Shown here piece by piece: positions 12,337-21,845 of a stretch of DNA of 64,000 bases. The number at the start of each line of letters is the position of its first letter. The first letter of the stretch is position 1. The stretch covers positions 64,001 through 128,000 of the forward strand of contig OY968762.1 of NCBI GenBank assembly GCA_963695225.1. Reading direction: 5' to 3'. The stretch is from Vulcanimicrobiota bacterium (lineage in GTDB: Bacteria; Vulcanimicrobiota; Vulcanimicrobiia; Vulcanimicrobiales; Vulcanimicrobiaceae). The position numbers were made by a program, and so were the translations under genes. The notes beneath the pieces were generated by a model. That model was not told the DNA's origin, ran no database searches, and saw only the letters and a list, made by a program, of their open reading frames with translations.

Positions 12337-12741
12337 ATGCGCGCAGTTTGGATGACTCTTGCCACGATCGCCGTTGTCGGCGCGCTCGGCGCGGCGCCCG
12401 CGCCTGCGGCAAACGCTGCTCCCACTGCCTCGCCGATGGTCTCCTCGCCGTTTCGCAGCTTCATCGGGGCCGACGAACGCGGCGAGAGGGCAGTTCGCTC
12501 GCGGAATGCCGGAACGATCGAGGGCGTCGTGACGGGCGTCGATTACCGCCGGGGGATCATCACGCTGCAATCGCCGGGCCGCGGGAAGCTCGAGTTCGTG
12601 GTCCTGCCCAGCACCACGTTCGAAGGGCGAAACAACAGCGATTTTCAAGCGTTCTCCGACGTCGTGCGGGGCGAGAAGGTCGAGATTCTCGCGAGCCAGC
12701 GCGCCGATTTCCTCATCGCGCAGGTCGTCCGCCTGAAATAG
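12337..12741 (+). CDS. Secreted small beta-barrel (OB-fold/DUF5666-like) protein
   Basis: Signal peptide; IEGVVTGVD..GIITL...GEKVEI pattern. Confidence 0.65.
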   Translation: MRAVWMTLATIAVVGALGAAPAPAANAAPTASPMVSSPFRSFIGADERGERAVRSRNAGTIEGVVTGVDYRRGIITLQSPGRGKLEFVVLPSTTFEGRNNSDFQAFSDVVRGEKVEILASQRADFLIAQVVRLK

Positions 12742-12794
12742 CCGCGCGCTCCGGCGCGCATGACTTGTCGAGCGCGCTCGCGTACGTAACGCAC

Positions 12795-14342
12795 GTGCCC
12801 GGCTCCACGATCGAAAGTCTCGCCGCGCGCGTTCTCTGCGTGGGGTTCGAGGGTGCAACGCCGGGCGATGCTCCGTTGGCGGAACTCGCCGCGCTTGCGC
12901 CCGCCGGCGTGATCTTGTTCGCGCGCAACGTCGTCGACGCGGCTTCGACGCGCGCGCTCGTGGAGTCCGTCGTCGCGGCGCTCGGCGCCGATCTGCCGCC
13001 GCTCGTCGCCGTCGATCAGGAGGGCGGGCGCGTCGCGCGCTTGCGGCGCGGCGTAACCGAGATCCCCTCGATGATGGCGCTCGCCGCCGGCGGGGATCTC
13101 GCGCTTGCGGAACGCGCCGGCGCGCTCGTCGCGCGCGATCTGCGCCGCGCGGGGGCGAACGTCGCGCTCGCGCCCGTCGTCGACCTCGCGCTCTACCCCG
13201 AAAACCTCGCGATCGGCGCGCGTTCGTTCGGCGACGATCCGCAGCGGGTCGCAGCGTTCGGCGCGGCGCTCGTGCGCGGGCTCGAAGCGGGCGGCGTCGC
13301 GGCGACGCTCAAGCATTTCCCCGGGCACGGCGCGACCCGCGACGATTCGCACCTCGGCCTTCCGCGCCTCGACAGCAGCGGCGCGACGCTGCGCGCGCGC
13401 GATCTCGTCCCGTTCGCGGCGGGCATCGCCGCCGGCGCGCGCTGCGTTCTCAGCGCGCACGTCGTCGTCCCCGCGCTCGATCCGGACCACCCCGCCACGC
13501 TCTCGCCCGCGCTGCTGACGAGGCTCTTGCGCGAAGAGCTCGGCTTCGCCGGCGTCTGCTTCACGGACGCGCTCGATATGGAGGCGATCGCGCGCGGCGC
13601 CGGCACCGTGCGCGGCGCGGTCCTCGCGCTCGCCGCGGGCGCCGATTGCGCGCTGATCTGCCATTCGCTCGAACTCGCGCGCGAAGCGCGCGCCGCGATC
13701 GCTGCGGCGGTCGCAAGCGGCGAAATCCCGGAGGCCCGCTTGCGGGAAGCCGCGGGCCGCGTTGACGCACTGCGCGCCGGCCTCGCGGGCCCGCTCCCGC
13801 TCGCGGACGGCCCGCGCGCGGAGGATCGGGAGCTTGCGCTGCAAGCCGCCCGGGCCGCCGTCACGCGCGTCCGCGGCCGGTTGACGCTCGAAACAGGCCG
13901 CCCGGTCACGATCGTCTCGTTCGAAGGGGCGACGACCGAGGGGGCGCAGGGCCTCCACGCGGAGCATCCGGCGCTGAACCTGCCGCTGCGCGAACGGCGC
14001 GTGCGCGCGGAGCAGATGCGCGTCCCGCTCGATCCCGCCCCCGGCCTCATCGACGAACTCTTTGCGGTGCTCGCCTTGCAGGCTCCGCGCGAGCTCGCGA
14101 TCCTCTCGCGGCGCGCCCACGTCTACCCCGGTCAACGCGCCGCGATCGGGCGATTGCTCGATCGCTTCCCCGATGCGTTGCTCGTCTCGGCGCGCGAACC
14201 GTTCGATCTCGCCTGCTTCCCCGAGGCGCGCAACGCCGCATGCACCTACGGCGACGAAGCGATCAGCCTCGAAGGCCTGGCGGACGTGCTCGCGGGCCGC
14301 GCCGCGGCGAACGGCCGCCTGCCGGTCGCGCTCGCGCGATGA
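12795..14342 (+). CDS. nagZ: GH3 beta-N-acetylhexosaminidase
   Basis: AVDQEGGRV, KHFPGHGATRDDSH, FTDALDM; GTG start approximate. Confidence 0.92.
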   Translation: MPGSTIESLAARVLCVGFEGATPGDAPLAELAALAPAGVILFARNVVDAASTRALVESVVAALGADLPPLVAVDQEGGRVARLRRGVTEIPSMMALAAGGDLALAERAGALVARDLRRAGANVALAPVVDLALYPENLAIGARSFGDDPQRVAAFGAALVRGLEAGGVAATLKHFPGHGATRDDSHLGLPRLDSSGATLRARDLVPFAAGIAAGARCVLSAHVVVPALDPDHPATLSPALLTRLLREELGFAGVCFTDALDMEAIARGAGTVRGAVLALAAGADCALICHSLELAREARAAIAAAVASGEIPEARLREAAGRVDALRAGLAGPLPLADGPRAEDRELALQAARAAVTRVRGRLTLETGRPVTIVSFEGATTEGAQGLHAEHPALNLPLRERRVRAEQMRVPLDPAPGLIDELFAVLALQAPRELAILSRRAHVYPGQRAAIGRLLDRFPDALLVSAREPFDLACFPEARNAACTYGDEAISLEGLADVLAGRAAANGRLPVALAR

Positions 14343-15361
14343 CGGCCGCCGATGCGCTCCTCCGGGCCGCGTGCTTCCGGCGCTTCACGGCCGCGGTGCT
14401 GCGCGTCGAACTGCACGGCCGGGCGATCTTCGAACGCGCCTACGGCGCGCTCGAAGAAGGCGCGGCGCCCCCGGCCGAGGTGACGACGCGCTTCGATCTC
14501 GCTTCGCTGACGAAGGTGATCGTCGCGAGTGCCGCGCTCGACCTCGTCGCGCGCGGCCGGCTCGCGCTCGACGCTCCGCTCGGCGACCTCCTCGATGAGT
14601 GGCGCGGCGACCGGCAGAAGGCGCGCATCACGCCGCGCATGCTCCTCGCGCACACGTCGGGGATGAACTCGGGCGCCGATTACCGGACGCTCTTCCGCGA
14701 GAACGTCGCGCGTTTCGCGTTGGCGCGGCCGCTCGTTTCGGAACCCGGCGAGCGCGTGCTCTACAGCGATCTCGGATTCATCGCGCTCGGAATCGCCTTG
14801 GAACGTGCGGTGGGCCTCGGGCTCGAAACGATCGTCGCAGGCTTCGCCGCGGCGCTCGGCCTCGAGGCGACGGGCTTCCGGCCGCGCCCGGACGCAGCGA
14901 TCCCGCCCACGGAATGCGACGCCTGGCGCGGCCGCGTGCGCGCCGCCGTGCACGACGAGAAAGCCTATCTCATGGGAGGCGTCTCGGGGCATGCCGGGCT
15001 CTTCGGCACCGCGTTCGACGTCGCGCGCGTCGCGGACGCAACCCTCGCGCCGCTCTGCGGGCGCGGCGAGCGCGGCCTCCCGGCAGCGCCGGCGCGCGAG
15101 GCCGTCCGGGAATGGGGTGCCGATCCGGTGCTCCGGCGCGGCCTCGGGTGGGCACTGCGGACGACGGACGAGAACTCGTGCGGCATCGTCCTCTCCCGCG
15201 AATCGTTCGGGCATACCGGGTTCACGGGGACGTCCGTCTGGGCCGATCCGAGACGGGATCTCACCGTTGTCTTACTCACGAATGCGGTTTACTATGGGCG
15301 GAACGACTTGCGTGACGTTCGTGCCGCGGTCTGCGATGCCGTTGCCGGGGAGGTAAGCTAG
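14339..15361 (+). CDS. Serine hydrolase, beta-lactamase class C/AmiE-like
   Basis: FDLASLTK (SxxK), LLAHTSG, YSDLGF, GHAGLF, FGHTGFTG; overlaps the nagZ stop. Confidence 0.88.
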   Translation: MTAADALLRAACFRRFTAAVLRVELHGRAIFERAYGALEEGAAPPAEVTTRFDLASLTKVIVASAALDLVARGRLALDAPLGDLLDEWRGDRQKARITPRMLLAHTSGMNSGADYRTLFRENVARFALARPLVSEPGERVLYSDLGFIALGIALERAVGLGLETIVAGFAAALGLEATGFRPRPDAAIPPTECDAWRGRVRAAVHDEKAYLMGGVSGHAGLFGTAFDVARVADATLAPLCGRGERGLPAAPAREAVREWGADPVLRRGLGWALRTTDENSCGIVLSRESFGHTGFTGTSVWADPRRDLTVVLLTNAVYYGRNDLRDVRAAVCDAVAGEVS

Positions 15362-16507
15362 GTGCGCGCTGTGGGCGTCATGTCCGGGACTTCACTCGAC
15401 GGCATCGACGTCGCGATGCTCGAGCTGCTCCCGCGCGGGAACGGCTACGGCTTCATCTTGCTGCGCGGCGCGACGGTTCCGTTCGCACCCGAGCTGCGCG
15501 AGCGACTGTTCGCGGCGTTGCCGCCGAACGAACCGCCGCCCCGCACTGTCGCCGCGCTGGATCGCGATCTCGGCAGCGCGATCGGCGAGGCGATCGTGCA
15601 GGTCGCCAAAGGCGAACCGATCGATTTCGTCGCGAGCCACGGGGTGACGCTCTACCACGACGGCAACGAGCGGACGAGCGTGCAGATCGGCGATCCGTTC
15701 GTCATCCGCGAACTCGTGCAGGCCACGGTCCTCTCCGATTTCCGCCGGGCAGATTGCGCCGCGGGCGGTCACGGCGCGCCGCTCGTGCCGTACGTCGACG
15801 CGTTGCTGTTCCGCGACGAACGCGATACGGTCGCGCTCAACGTCGGCGGGATCGCGAACCTCGCGATCGTTCCGCGCGGTTCCAAGAGCGACGACGTGCG
15901 CGCGTGGGACACCGGCCCCGGGAACATCCTGATCGACGCCTTCGTGCGGCAGCGCAGCGGCCTGCCGTACGATGCGTTCGGCGAGGCGGCGGCGCGCGGA
16001 ACCGTCGATCGCCCGCTCCTGTTCGCGATGCTGGCCGATCCGTTCTTCCAGCAGCGGCCTCCGAAATCGACGGGACGCGAGCGCTTCGGCCAAGCGTTTC
16101 TCGATCGCTTCGAGCCGGAGCTGGCGAAACTCAGCGAGGACGACGGGTGCGCGACGTTGCTGGCGCTCACGCTCGAACCGATCGTCGCCGCGATCATCGA
16201 CGAAGCGCCGCGCAACGCGCGCGTGATCGTCAGCGGCGGCGGCGCGCGGAATCGCGAGTTCGTGCGCCAGCTGGCGGAGCGGCTGCCGGGGCGCTCGATC
16301 GAGCGCCCCGAAGATTCCGGGATCGACGGCGACCTCAAGGAGGCGATTTCGTTCGCGATCATCGGCTACGAGACGCTGCGCGGCTTCGCGGCCGTCCTCC
16401 CGCGCGTCACCGGGGCGCGGCATGCGAGCCTGCTCGGGACGATTGCGCCGCACGCGCTCTACGAGCTGTACGCGAAAATCTCGCGCGAAGCGAACGAGAA
16501 CGAATGA
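15362..16507 (+). CDS. anmK: Anhydro-N-acetylmuramic acid kinase
   Basis: GVMSGTSLDGID, DFRRADCAAGGHGAPLVP, NVGGIAN, DTGPGN, PPKSTGRE. Confidence 0.96.
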   Translation: MRAVGVMSGTSLDGIDVAMLELLPRGNGYGFILLRGATVPFAPELRERLFAALPPNEPPPRTVAALDRDLGSAIGEAIVQVAKGEPIDFVASHGVTLYHDGNERTSVQIGDPFVIRELVQATVLSDFRRADCAAGGHGAPLVPYVDALLFRDERDTVALNVGGIANLAIVPRGSKSDDVRAWDTGPGNILIDAFVRQRSGLPYDAFGEAAARGTVDRPLLFAMLADPFFQQRPPKSTGRERFGQAFLDRFEPELAKLSEDDGCATLLALTLEPIVAAIIDEAPRNARVIVSGGGARNREFVRQLAERLPGRSIERPEDSGIDGDLKEAISFAIIGYETLRGFAAVLPRVTGARHASLLGTIAPHALYELYAKISREANENE

Positions 16508-17421
16508 CGGCGCGGCTCACGCTGGGGATAGACGCGGGCGGGACCTCGACGGTCGCGGCGCTCGCACGCGAGGGCGGGTTCGAAGGCACGCTGCGCGGCG
16601 GCCCGGCGAACCCGACGACGCGCGGCATCGAAGCCGCGGCGGCGACGATCTACGCGGTCGCCGCCGAACTTCTGGAGGGCGTCGCGCCCGCCGCGGTTTA
16701 CGTCGGAGCGGCCGGCGCCGGGCGGGCGGAGGTCGCGGCCGGGTTGCGGCTGGAGCTCGCGAAGCGCTTCCCCGGAGCGCGCATCCGGGTCGGCGACGAC
16801 GCGCTCATCGCGCTGCGCGCGGCGATCCCGGAAGGGCCGGGCGTCGCGCTCGTCGCCGGAACGGGCTCGATCGCATACGCCGAAAACGGCGACTCGCACG
16901 CGCGCGTCGGCGGAGCCGGGTACCTCCTCGGCGACGAGGGTTCCGGATTCGCGATCGGGCTCGCCGCTGCGAAGCTGCTCTCGCGCGTCTACGACGGCCG
17001 AGCGCGCGCCGACGAGACGACGGAACTCGTCGCGCTTGCGCTCGCCGCGCCGAACCGCGATGCGTTGCTGGCCGCACTGTACGGGCCCGAGTTCGACGTC
17101 GCGCGGATCGCCGCGCTCGCCGCCGGCGTGATCGCGCTCGCGAGCGAGGGGAATCGCGCCGCGACGAAGATCGCGCAGTCCGCCGCCTCCGATCTCGCCG
17201 ATCTCGTGAAGGCGGCCGCGCAGCAAGCCGGTCTCGCCGAAGCGAGCCCGACGGTCGCCTTGACCGGCGGGCTGCTGCGCGAGAACAGCCTGCTATCGTT
17301 CCTGCTCGAAACGCGCGTCGCGGGCGACCTGCCCGGCGTTTCGATCCTGCGCCTCGCCGACGCGCACGACGCTCCGGCTCGCGCCGCGTTGCGGCTGGCG
17401 CAGGCGCTGCTCGAGGAATGA
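16504..17421 (+). CDS. BadF/BadG/BcrA/BcrD ATPase family amino-sugar kinase (GlcNAc/MurNAc kinase-like)
   Basis: GIDAGGTST, AGTGSIA, GGAGYLLGDEGSG. Confidence 0.88.
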   Translation: MTARLTLGIDAGGTSTVAALAREGGFEGTLRGGPANPTTRGIEAAAATIYAVAAELLEGVAPAAVYVGAAGAGRAEVAAGLRLELAKRFPGARIRVGDDALIALRAAIPEGPGVALVAGTGSIAYAENGDSHARVGGAGYLLGDEGSGFAIGLAAAKLLSRVYDGRARADETTELVALALAAPNRDALLAALYGPEFDVARIAALAAGVIALASEGNRAATKIAQSAASDLADLVKAAAQQAGLAEASPTVALTGGLLRENSLLSFLLETRVAGDLPGVSILRLADAHDAPARAALRLAQALLEE

Positions 17422-18308
17422 GCGGCGAGCATCTCCCCGCGACCGAATCGGCGAACGAAGCGACGCGCGGCCTCGACACGCTCGAAACGCAGCGCCTCGT
17501 CGCGGCGATCGTCGGCGACAACGCGGGCGCGCTCGCGGCCGTGCAGCGCGCGAACGATGCGATCGCCCGCGCCGTCGAGGCGATCGTCGCGCGCCTGAGC
17601 GCCGGCGGCCGCTTACACTACGTCGGCGCGGGGACGAGCGGCCGCCTCGGCGTGCTCGATGCCTCCGAATGCCCGCCGACGTTCGGGACGCCGCCCGAGC
17701 TGCTGCAGGGGCACATCGCGGGCGGCGCGCCCGCGCTCGTGCGCGCCGTCGAGGGCGCCGAGGACGACGCGGAGGCCGGCGCGAGCGAGATGCGCGCCGC
17801 GGTTCTGGCGACGGACGTGGTCGTCGGCATCTCGGCGAGCGGCGGGGCGCCCTACGTCGTCGCCGCGCTCGCCGCGGCGCGCGCGCTCGGCGCCGTGACG
17901 GTCGGGATCGCGAACGATCCGCAGGCCCTCATCCTGCGCGAGGCGGATTACGCGATCGTCTTGGAAACGGGCCCCGAGGTCCTCGCCGGTTCCACGCGCT
18001 TGAAGGCGGGGACGGCGCAGAAGATCGCGCTCAACGCGCTCTCGACGGCGGCGATGGTCCGGCTCGGGAAGACGTACGACAACTTGATGGTCGACGTCGT
18101 AGCGTCGAACGAAAAGCTGCGCCGCCGCGCGCTCCGTCTCGTGAAGACGCTCGTCGGCTGCGACGACGCGGCTGCAGCGGAATTATTGCGCCGCGCGGAC
18201 GGGAGCGTGAAGGCCGCGGTCGTCGCGGGGCGCTGCCGGCTCGATATCGAGAGCGCGCGCCGCCGCCTCGCGAATGCGGGCGGCTCGCTGCGCGCCGCGC
18301 TCGAGTGA
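17418..18308 (+). CDS. murQ: N-acetylmuramic acid 6-phosphate etherase
   Basis: GAGTSGRLGVLDASECPPTFG, GPEVLAGSTRLKAGTAQK, NLMVDV.ASNEKL. Confidence 0.97.
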   Translation: MSGEHLPATESANEATRGLDTLETQRLVAAIVGDNAGALAAVQRANDAIARAVEAIVARLSAGGRLHYVGAGTSGRLGVLDASECPPTFGTPPELLQGHIAGGAPALVRAVEGAEDDAEAGASEMRAAVLATDVVVGISASGGAPYVVAALAAARALGAVTVGIANDPQALILREADYAIVLETGPEVLAGSTRLKAGTAQKIALNALSTAAMVRLGKTYDNLMVDVVASNEKLRRRALRLVKTLVGCDDAAAAELLRRADGSVKAAVVAGRCRLDIESARRRLANAGGSLRAALE

Positions 18309-18379
18309 GCGCAGCGCAGACCAGGCGGCTCCGGGCGCTTGCGCCAATAGGCTTGCCGGGAAAGAAGGAGGTATCGCCC

Positions 18380-18763
18380 GTGCGTCCTTTCACGACGAGC
18401 CTGAGGCTCGCGGCGTCCGCCGCGTTCGCGCTCGCAGCGGCTGCAGGCGCCGTGGCGGCGCCGCCGTCGGAGACCGAGAGCATCCCGCCGGGCGGCTCGT
18501 ATCACGATTGCCACGGCTACGTGCAGCACGTCTCGCTCGAGAACATCCGCGTGCACTGCATCGACGGCGTCGCGAAGGACCTCTCGTTCCTGAGCTGGCC
18601 GAAGTTCGTCAATCTGCCTTCCGGGCAGACGGAGCAGACGAAGTCGTTGAAACCGGGGACGCCCGTGCACGTCGTCTTCTCGCAGTCGCTCGGCGTGCGG
18701 CACGCTTACAAGATCTACGTCGCCGACCCGCAAGGGCACGGGCTCTACGGCTTCAAGAGCTGA
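18380..18763 (+). CDS. Secreted small beta-rich hypothetical protein
   Basis: AGGAGG RBS then GTG; signal peptide; Cys pair; LKPGTPVHVVF. Confidence 0.7.
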   Translation: MRPFTTSLRLAASAAFALAAAAGAVAAPPSETESIPPGGSYHDCHGYVQHVSLENIRVHCIDGVAKDLSFLSWPKFVNLPSGQTEQTKSLKPGTPVHVVFSQSLGVRHAYKIYVADPQGHGLYGFKS

Positions 18764-18770
18764 GCGTTCC

Positions 18771-20375
18771 GTGAGCGTCGCAGCTCGAGCCGCCGGCGCG
18801 TTCGCCGCGCTCTGCGCCCTCCTCGGTCCGGCGTGGGCCTGCGCGCCGGCGCGGGCGGCGGCGGCGCCCGCGCCGCCCGCGCCGGTCGCATTCGTCCCGC
18901 TCGACGACCGCCCGGTGACCTACCAGCTGCCGCGCATGCTCGGCGCGCTGGCCGGCATCCCCGTCTTGACGCCGCCCCGCGCGAGCCTCGGGCGCTATCT
19001 CGAAGCGGGGGACCCCGATGCGATCCTGCGCTGGCTGGGTTCGGCCGAGACGGCCCGGGCCGGCGCCGTCGTCGCGTCGAGCGACATGCTGGCGTATGGA
19101 GGCCTCGTCGCTTCGCGGACGCCGCAGACCGCCGAAACCGACGCGCTCGTGCGCCTGCGGGCTCTCGCGGAGCTGCGCGCGGCACGGCCGGAGCAGCGCT
19201 TCGACGTCTTCGGCACGGTCATGCGTTTGGCGCCGACCGGCGTTCCGGATGCCGGCGCGGCGCGCGGCTACTGGGCGACGGGCGCTACCGTCGACGCGCT
19301 CCAGGCGTACGCGAACCTCCCCGATCCGCCGCAGACCGTCGCCGACCGGGAAAAGGCCGCGCGGTTGCGCGCGCAGATCGCGCCGGCGACGCTCGCCGCG
19401 TACCTCGGGTCGCGGGCGCGCAACCGGAGCGTCGATCTCTTCGTGCTGCAACTCGCGGCGGAGGGCTCGTTCGCGCACGTCGTGCTCGGCCAGGACGACG
19501 CGGGCCCGCAGGGCCTGCACTTGCGCGATCTCGCCGCGCTGAATTCAGCCTTGCGCGCGTGGGGCTTGCAGGATCGCGCCTCGATCGAGCCGGGCGCCGA
19601 CGAGCTCGGCATGGTCCTCGTCGCGCGCGCCTTCGCGCGCGACGCGAATTGGGTGCCGTCCGTGCGCGTCGTCTATTCGCGCCCGGGCGCCGCGCGCGTC
19701 TCCGACCGCCTCGAATACGTTCCGATCGACGTCACGATCTCGCGCTTGATCGCGGCCTGCGGGGGGCGCCGCGTCGAGAGCGGCGCGGATCTCGATTTGT
19801 ACGTTCGCGTCGCCGAGAACGACGCGGCCGAAGAGGCCGCGTTCGCGGATGCGCTCGTCGGTGCGGTCGGCGCCGGGCATTCCGTCGCGGTCGCGGATCT
19901 GACGTTCCTGAACGGGTCGAGCCCGAGCGAGGAACAGCAAGCGCTCGTGAAGACGCTGCTGGAGCGCGGGATCGCGGCGCGTCTCGATGCGTTCGCTTCG
20001 TGGAACACGACGGCGAATACGGTCGGCACATCGCTCGCGGCCGCGATCGCCGCGGGAAGCGGGCGGCGCCTCGGGACCTATGCGCCCCGCGCCCACGCGC
20101 AGTTCATGCTGGACCGGTACGCCGACGACTACTCGTTCCACCAGTTCGTGCGCCCCGAGCTCAACGAGGAGTTGCGCGCCGCGGGCGCCGACACGACGCT
20201 GCTCCTCCCGCAGATCGCGCGGGAAGCCGCCTCGCGCAACCGCGCCCGCCTTTGGCCGCAGGCGCTCGCGCTGTTGCGGGCGCTCTATCCCGACGACCGC
20301 GATGCGGGTCTGACGATCACGCTTCCGTGGGACCGCACGTTCGAGACGCAACTCGACGTTCGGCTGGCGGGCTGA
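18771..20375 (+). CDS. DUF4127-like protein with signal peptide
   Basis: FVPLDDRPV, DMLAYGGLVASR, GQDD, PGADELG, ASWNTTANTVG, LPWDRTFE. Confidence 0.8.
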   Translation: MSVAARAAGAFAALCALLGPAWACAPARAAAAPAPPAPVAFVPLDDRPVTYQLPRMLGALAGIPVLTPPRASLGRYLEAGDPDAILRWLGSAETARAGAVVASSDMLAYGGLVASRTPQTAETDALVRLRALAELRAARPEQRFDVFGTVMRLAPTGVPDAGAARGYWATGATVDALQAYANLPDPPQTVADREKAARLRAQIAPATLAAYLGSRARNRSVDLFVLQLAAEGSFAHVVLGQDDAGPQGLHLRDLAALNSALRAWGLQDRASIEPGADELGMVLVARAFARDANWVPSVRVVYSRPGAARVSDRLEYVPIDVTISRLIAACGGRRVESGADLDLYVRVAENDAAEEAAFADALVGAVGAGHSVAVADLTFLNGSSPSEEQQALVKTLLERGIAARLDAFASWNTTANTVGTSLAAAIAAGSGRRLGTYAPRAHAQFMLDRYADDYSFHQFVRPELNEELRAAGADTTLLLPQIAREAASRNRARLWPQALALLRALYPDDRDAGLTITLPWDRTFETQLDVRLAG

Positions 20376-21391
20376 TGAGCGCGTTCGACGTCAAGTCGAT
20401 TCCGGCGTCCCAGGGGCCGCTCTGCCGGATCTATTCCGGCGGAGGGCAGTTCAGCGAACTTGCCGATCTCAGCCGCATCAGCGAGATCCTCGTCGAACCG
20501 GACGCGTTCGTCTGGCTCGACGCGGTCGATCCGGACGAAAGCGATCTAGCTTTGATGCAGGAGGAGTTCGGGCTGCATCCGCTCGCGATCGAGGATGCGG
20601 TCAAGGCGCATCAGCGGCCGAAGATCGAGGCCTACGACAGTTACTGGTTCGTCGTCGTGCACGCCGTCACGAAGGCGGCGGACGGCGAGCTGACGGTCCA
20701 CGAGATCGCGATCTTCGCGGGGGCCAAGTTCATCATCACCGTTCGCGACGAGCCCGCCTATCCGCTCGACGAGATCGAGCGCCGTTGGCACGGCCCGCAC
20801 GGCGCGATGCGCAGCGACAGCGGCGCGCTGTTGTACACGATCCTCGACACCGTCGTCGACGGCTATCTCCCCGTCGCCGACGCGCTCGCCGAGCGCGTCG
20901 AGGAGCTGGAAGAGGCGCTATTCGCAGAGCGGCTGCGCAAGCGCGACATCCTGCTCGAGATCTTCGAATTGAAGAAGCAGGTGCAAGCGTTCCGCCGCTC
21001 CGTCGTCCCGATGCGCGACCTGCTCACGCCCATCATCCGCGGGGATCTCCAGCTCTTCGATCCGAGGGAGATCGCCTATTATCGCGACGTGTACGATCAC
21101 TCGGTACGCGCGATCGAGCAGATGGATGCCGCGCACGATCTCGTCACGAGCGCGCTCGAGATCCAGATCTCGATTTCCGCGGCCCGCCAGAACGAAGTCG
21201 TCAAGCAGCTCTCGATCATCGCGACGATCTTCTTGCCGCTCAGCTTCATCACGGGCTTCTTCGGGCAGAACTTCGGCTATCTCGTCAACCACATCGAGAG
21301 CGCGCCGGCCTTCTGGTTCGCGGGCGTCGGCTTGCAGCTCGTCGCGCTCGCGGCCCTCCTCGGCTACTTTCGCTTCAAACGCTGGTTCTGA
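20375..21391 (+). CDS. corA: CorA family Mg/Co transporter
   Basis: FGLHPLAIEDA..HQRPKIE, YYRDVYDH, TIFLPLSFITGFFGQNF (GxN signature). Confidence 0.93.
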   Translation: MSAFDVKSIPASQGPLCRIYSGGGQFSELADLSRISEILVEPDAFVWLDAVDPDESDLALMQEEFGLHPLAIEDAVKAHQRPKIEAYDSYWFVVVHAVTKAADGELTVHEIAIFAGAKFIITVRDEPAYPLDEIERRWHGPHGAMRSDSGALLYTILDTVVDGYLPVADALAERVEELEEALFAERLRKRDILLEIFELKKQVQAFRRSVVPMRDLLTPIIRGDLQLFDPREIAYYRDVYDHSVRAIEQMDAAHDLVTSALEIQISISAARQNEVVKQLSIIATIFLPLSFITGFFGQNFGYLVNHIESAPAFWFAGVGLQLVALAALLGYFRFKRWF

Positions 21392-21404
21392 TTCGGGCCG
21401 CCCG

Positions 21405-21845
21405 CTACTGCTTGGGCTTTCGCGCGGGCTGGCAAAGCTCGATGAGGACGCCGCCGGTCGCCTTCGGGTGCAGGAATGCGATCTCGTTCCCGTGCGCTCC
21501 GCGGCGCGGCGTCTCGTCGATCAGGCGGACGCCGGCCGCCTTGAGGCGCGCGAGCTCCGCCACGAGGTCGCCGACGCGATAGGCGGTGTGATGGAGCCTC
21601 GTGGGCGCGTCGCCGCGGAAACGCGCGATCGGGGAGTTCGGATCGAGCGGGAAGAGCAGCTCGATCATCGATTCGCCGGCTTCGAGCCCGACCGTTTCTA
21701 TGCCCTGATCGGCGACCGTCTCGCGGAAGACCTCCCGAAATCCGAGCGTCTTGACGTAGAGGTCGACGGCCGCTTCGAGATCGGCGACGACGATCGCGAC
21801 GTGGTCGATCGCGTAGCCGTTACCGAACGTCAGCGCCCCGCTCAC
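21405..21845 (-). CDS. mce: Methylmalonyl-CoA epimerase
   Basis: [35 protein letters not shown]; next to the mutase. Confidence 0.93.
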   Translation of the reverse strand: MSGALTFGNGYAIDHVAIVVADLEAAVDLYVKTLGFREVFRETVADQGIETVGLEAGESMIELLFPLDPNSPIARFRGDAPTRLHHTAYRVGDLVAELARLKAAGVRLIDETPRRGAHGNEIAFLHPKATGGVLIELCQPARKPKQ

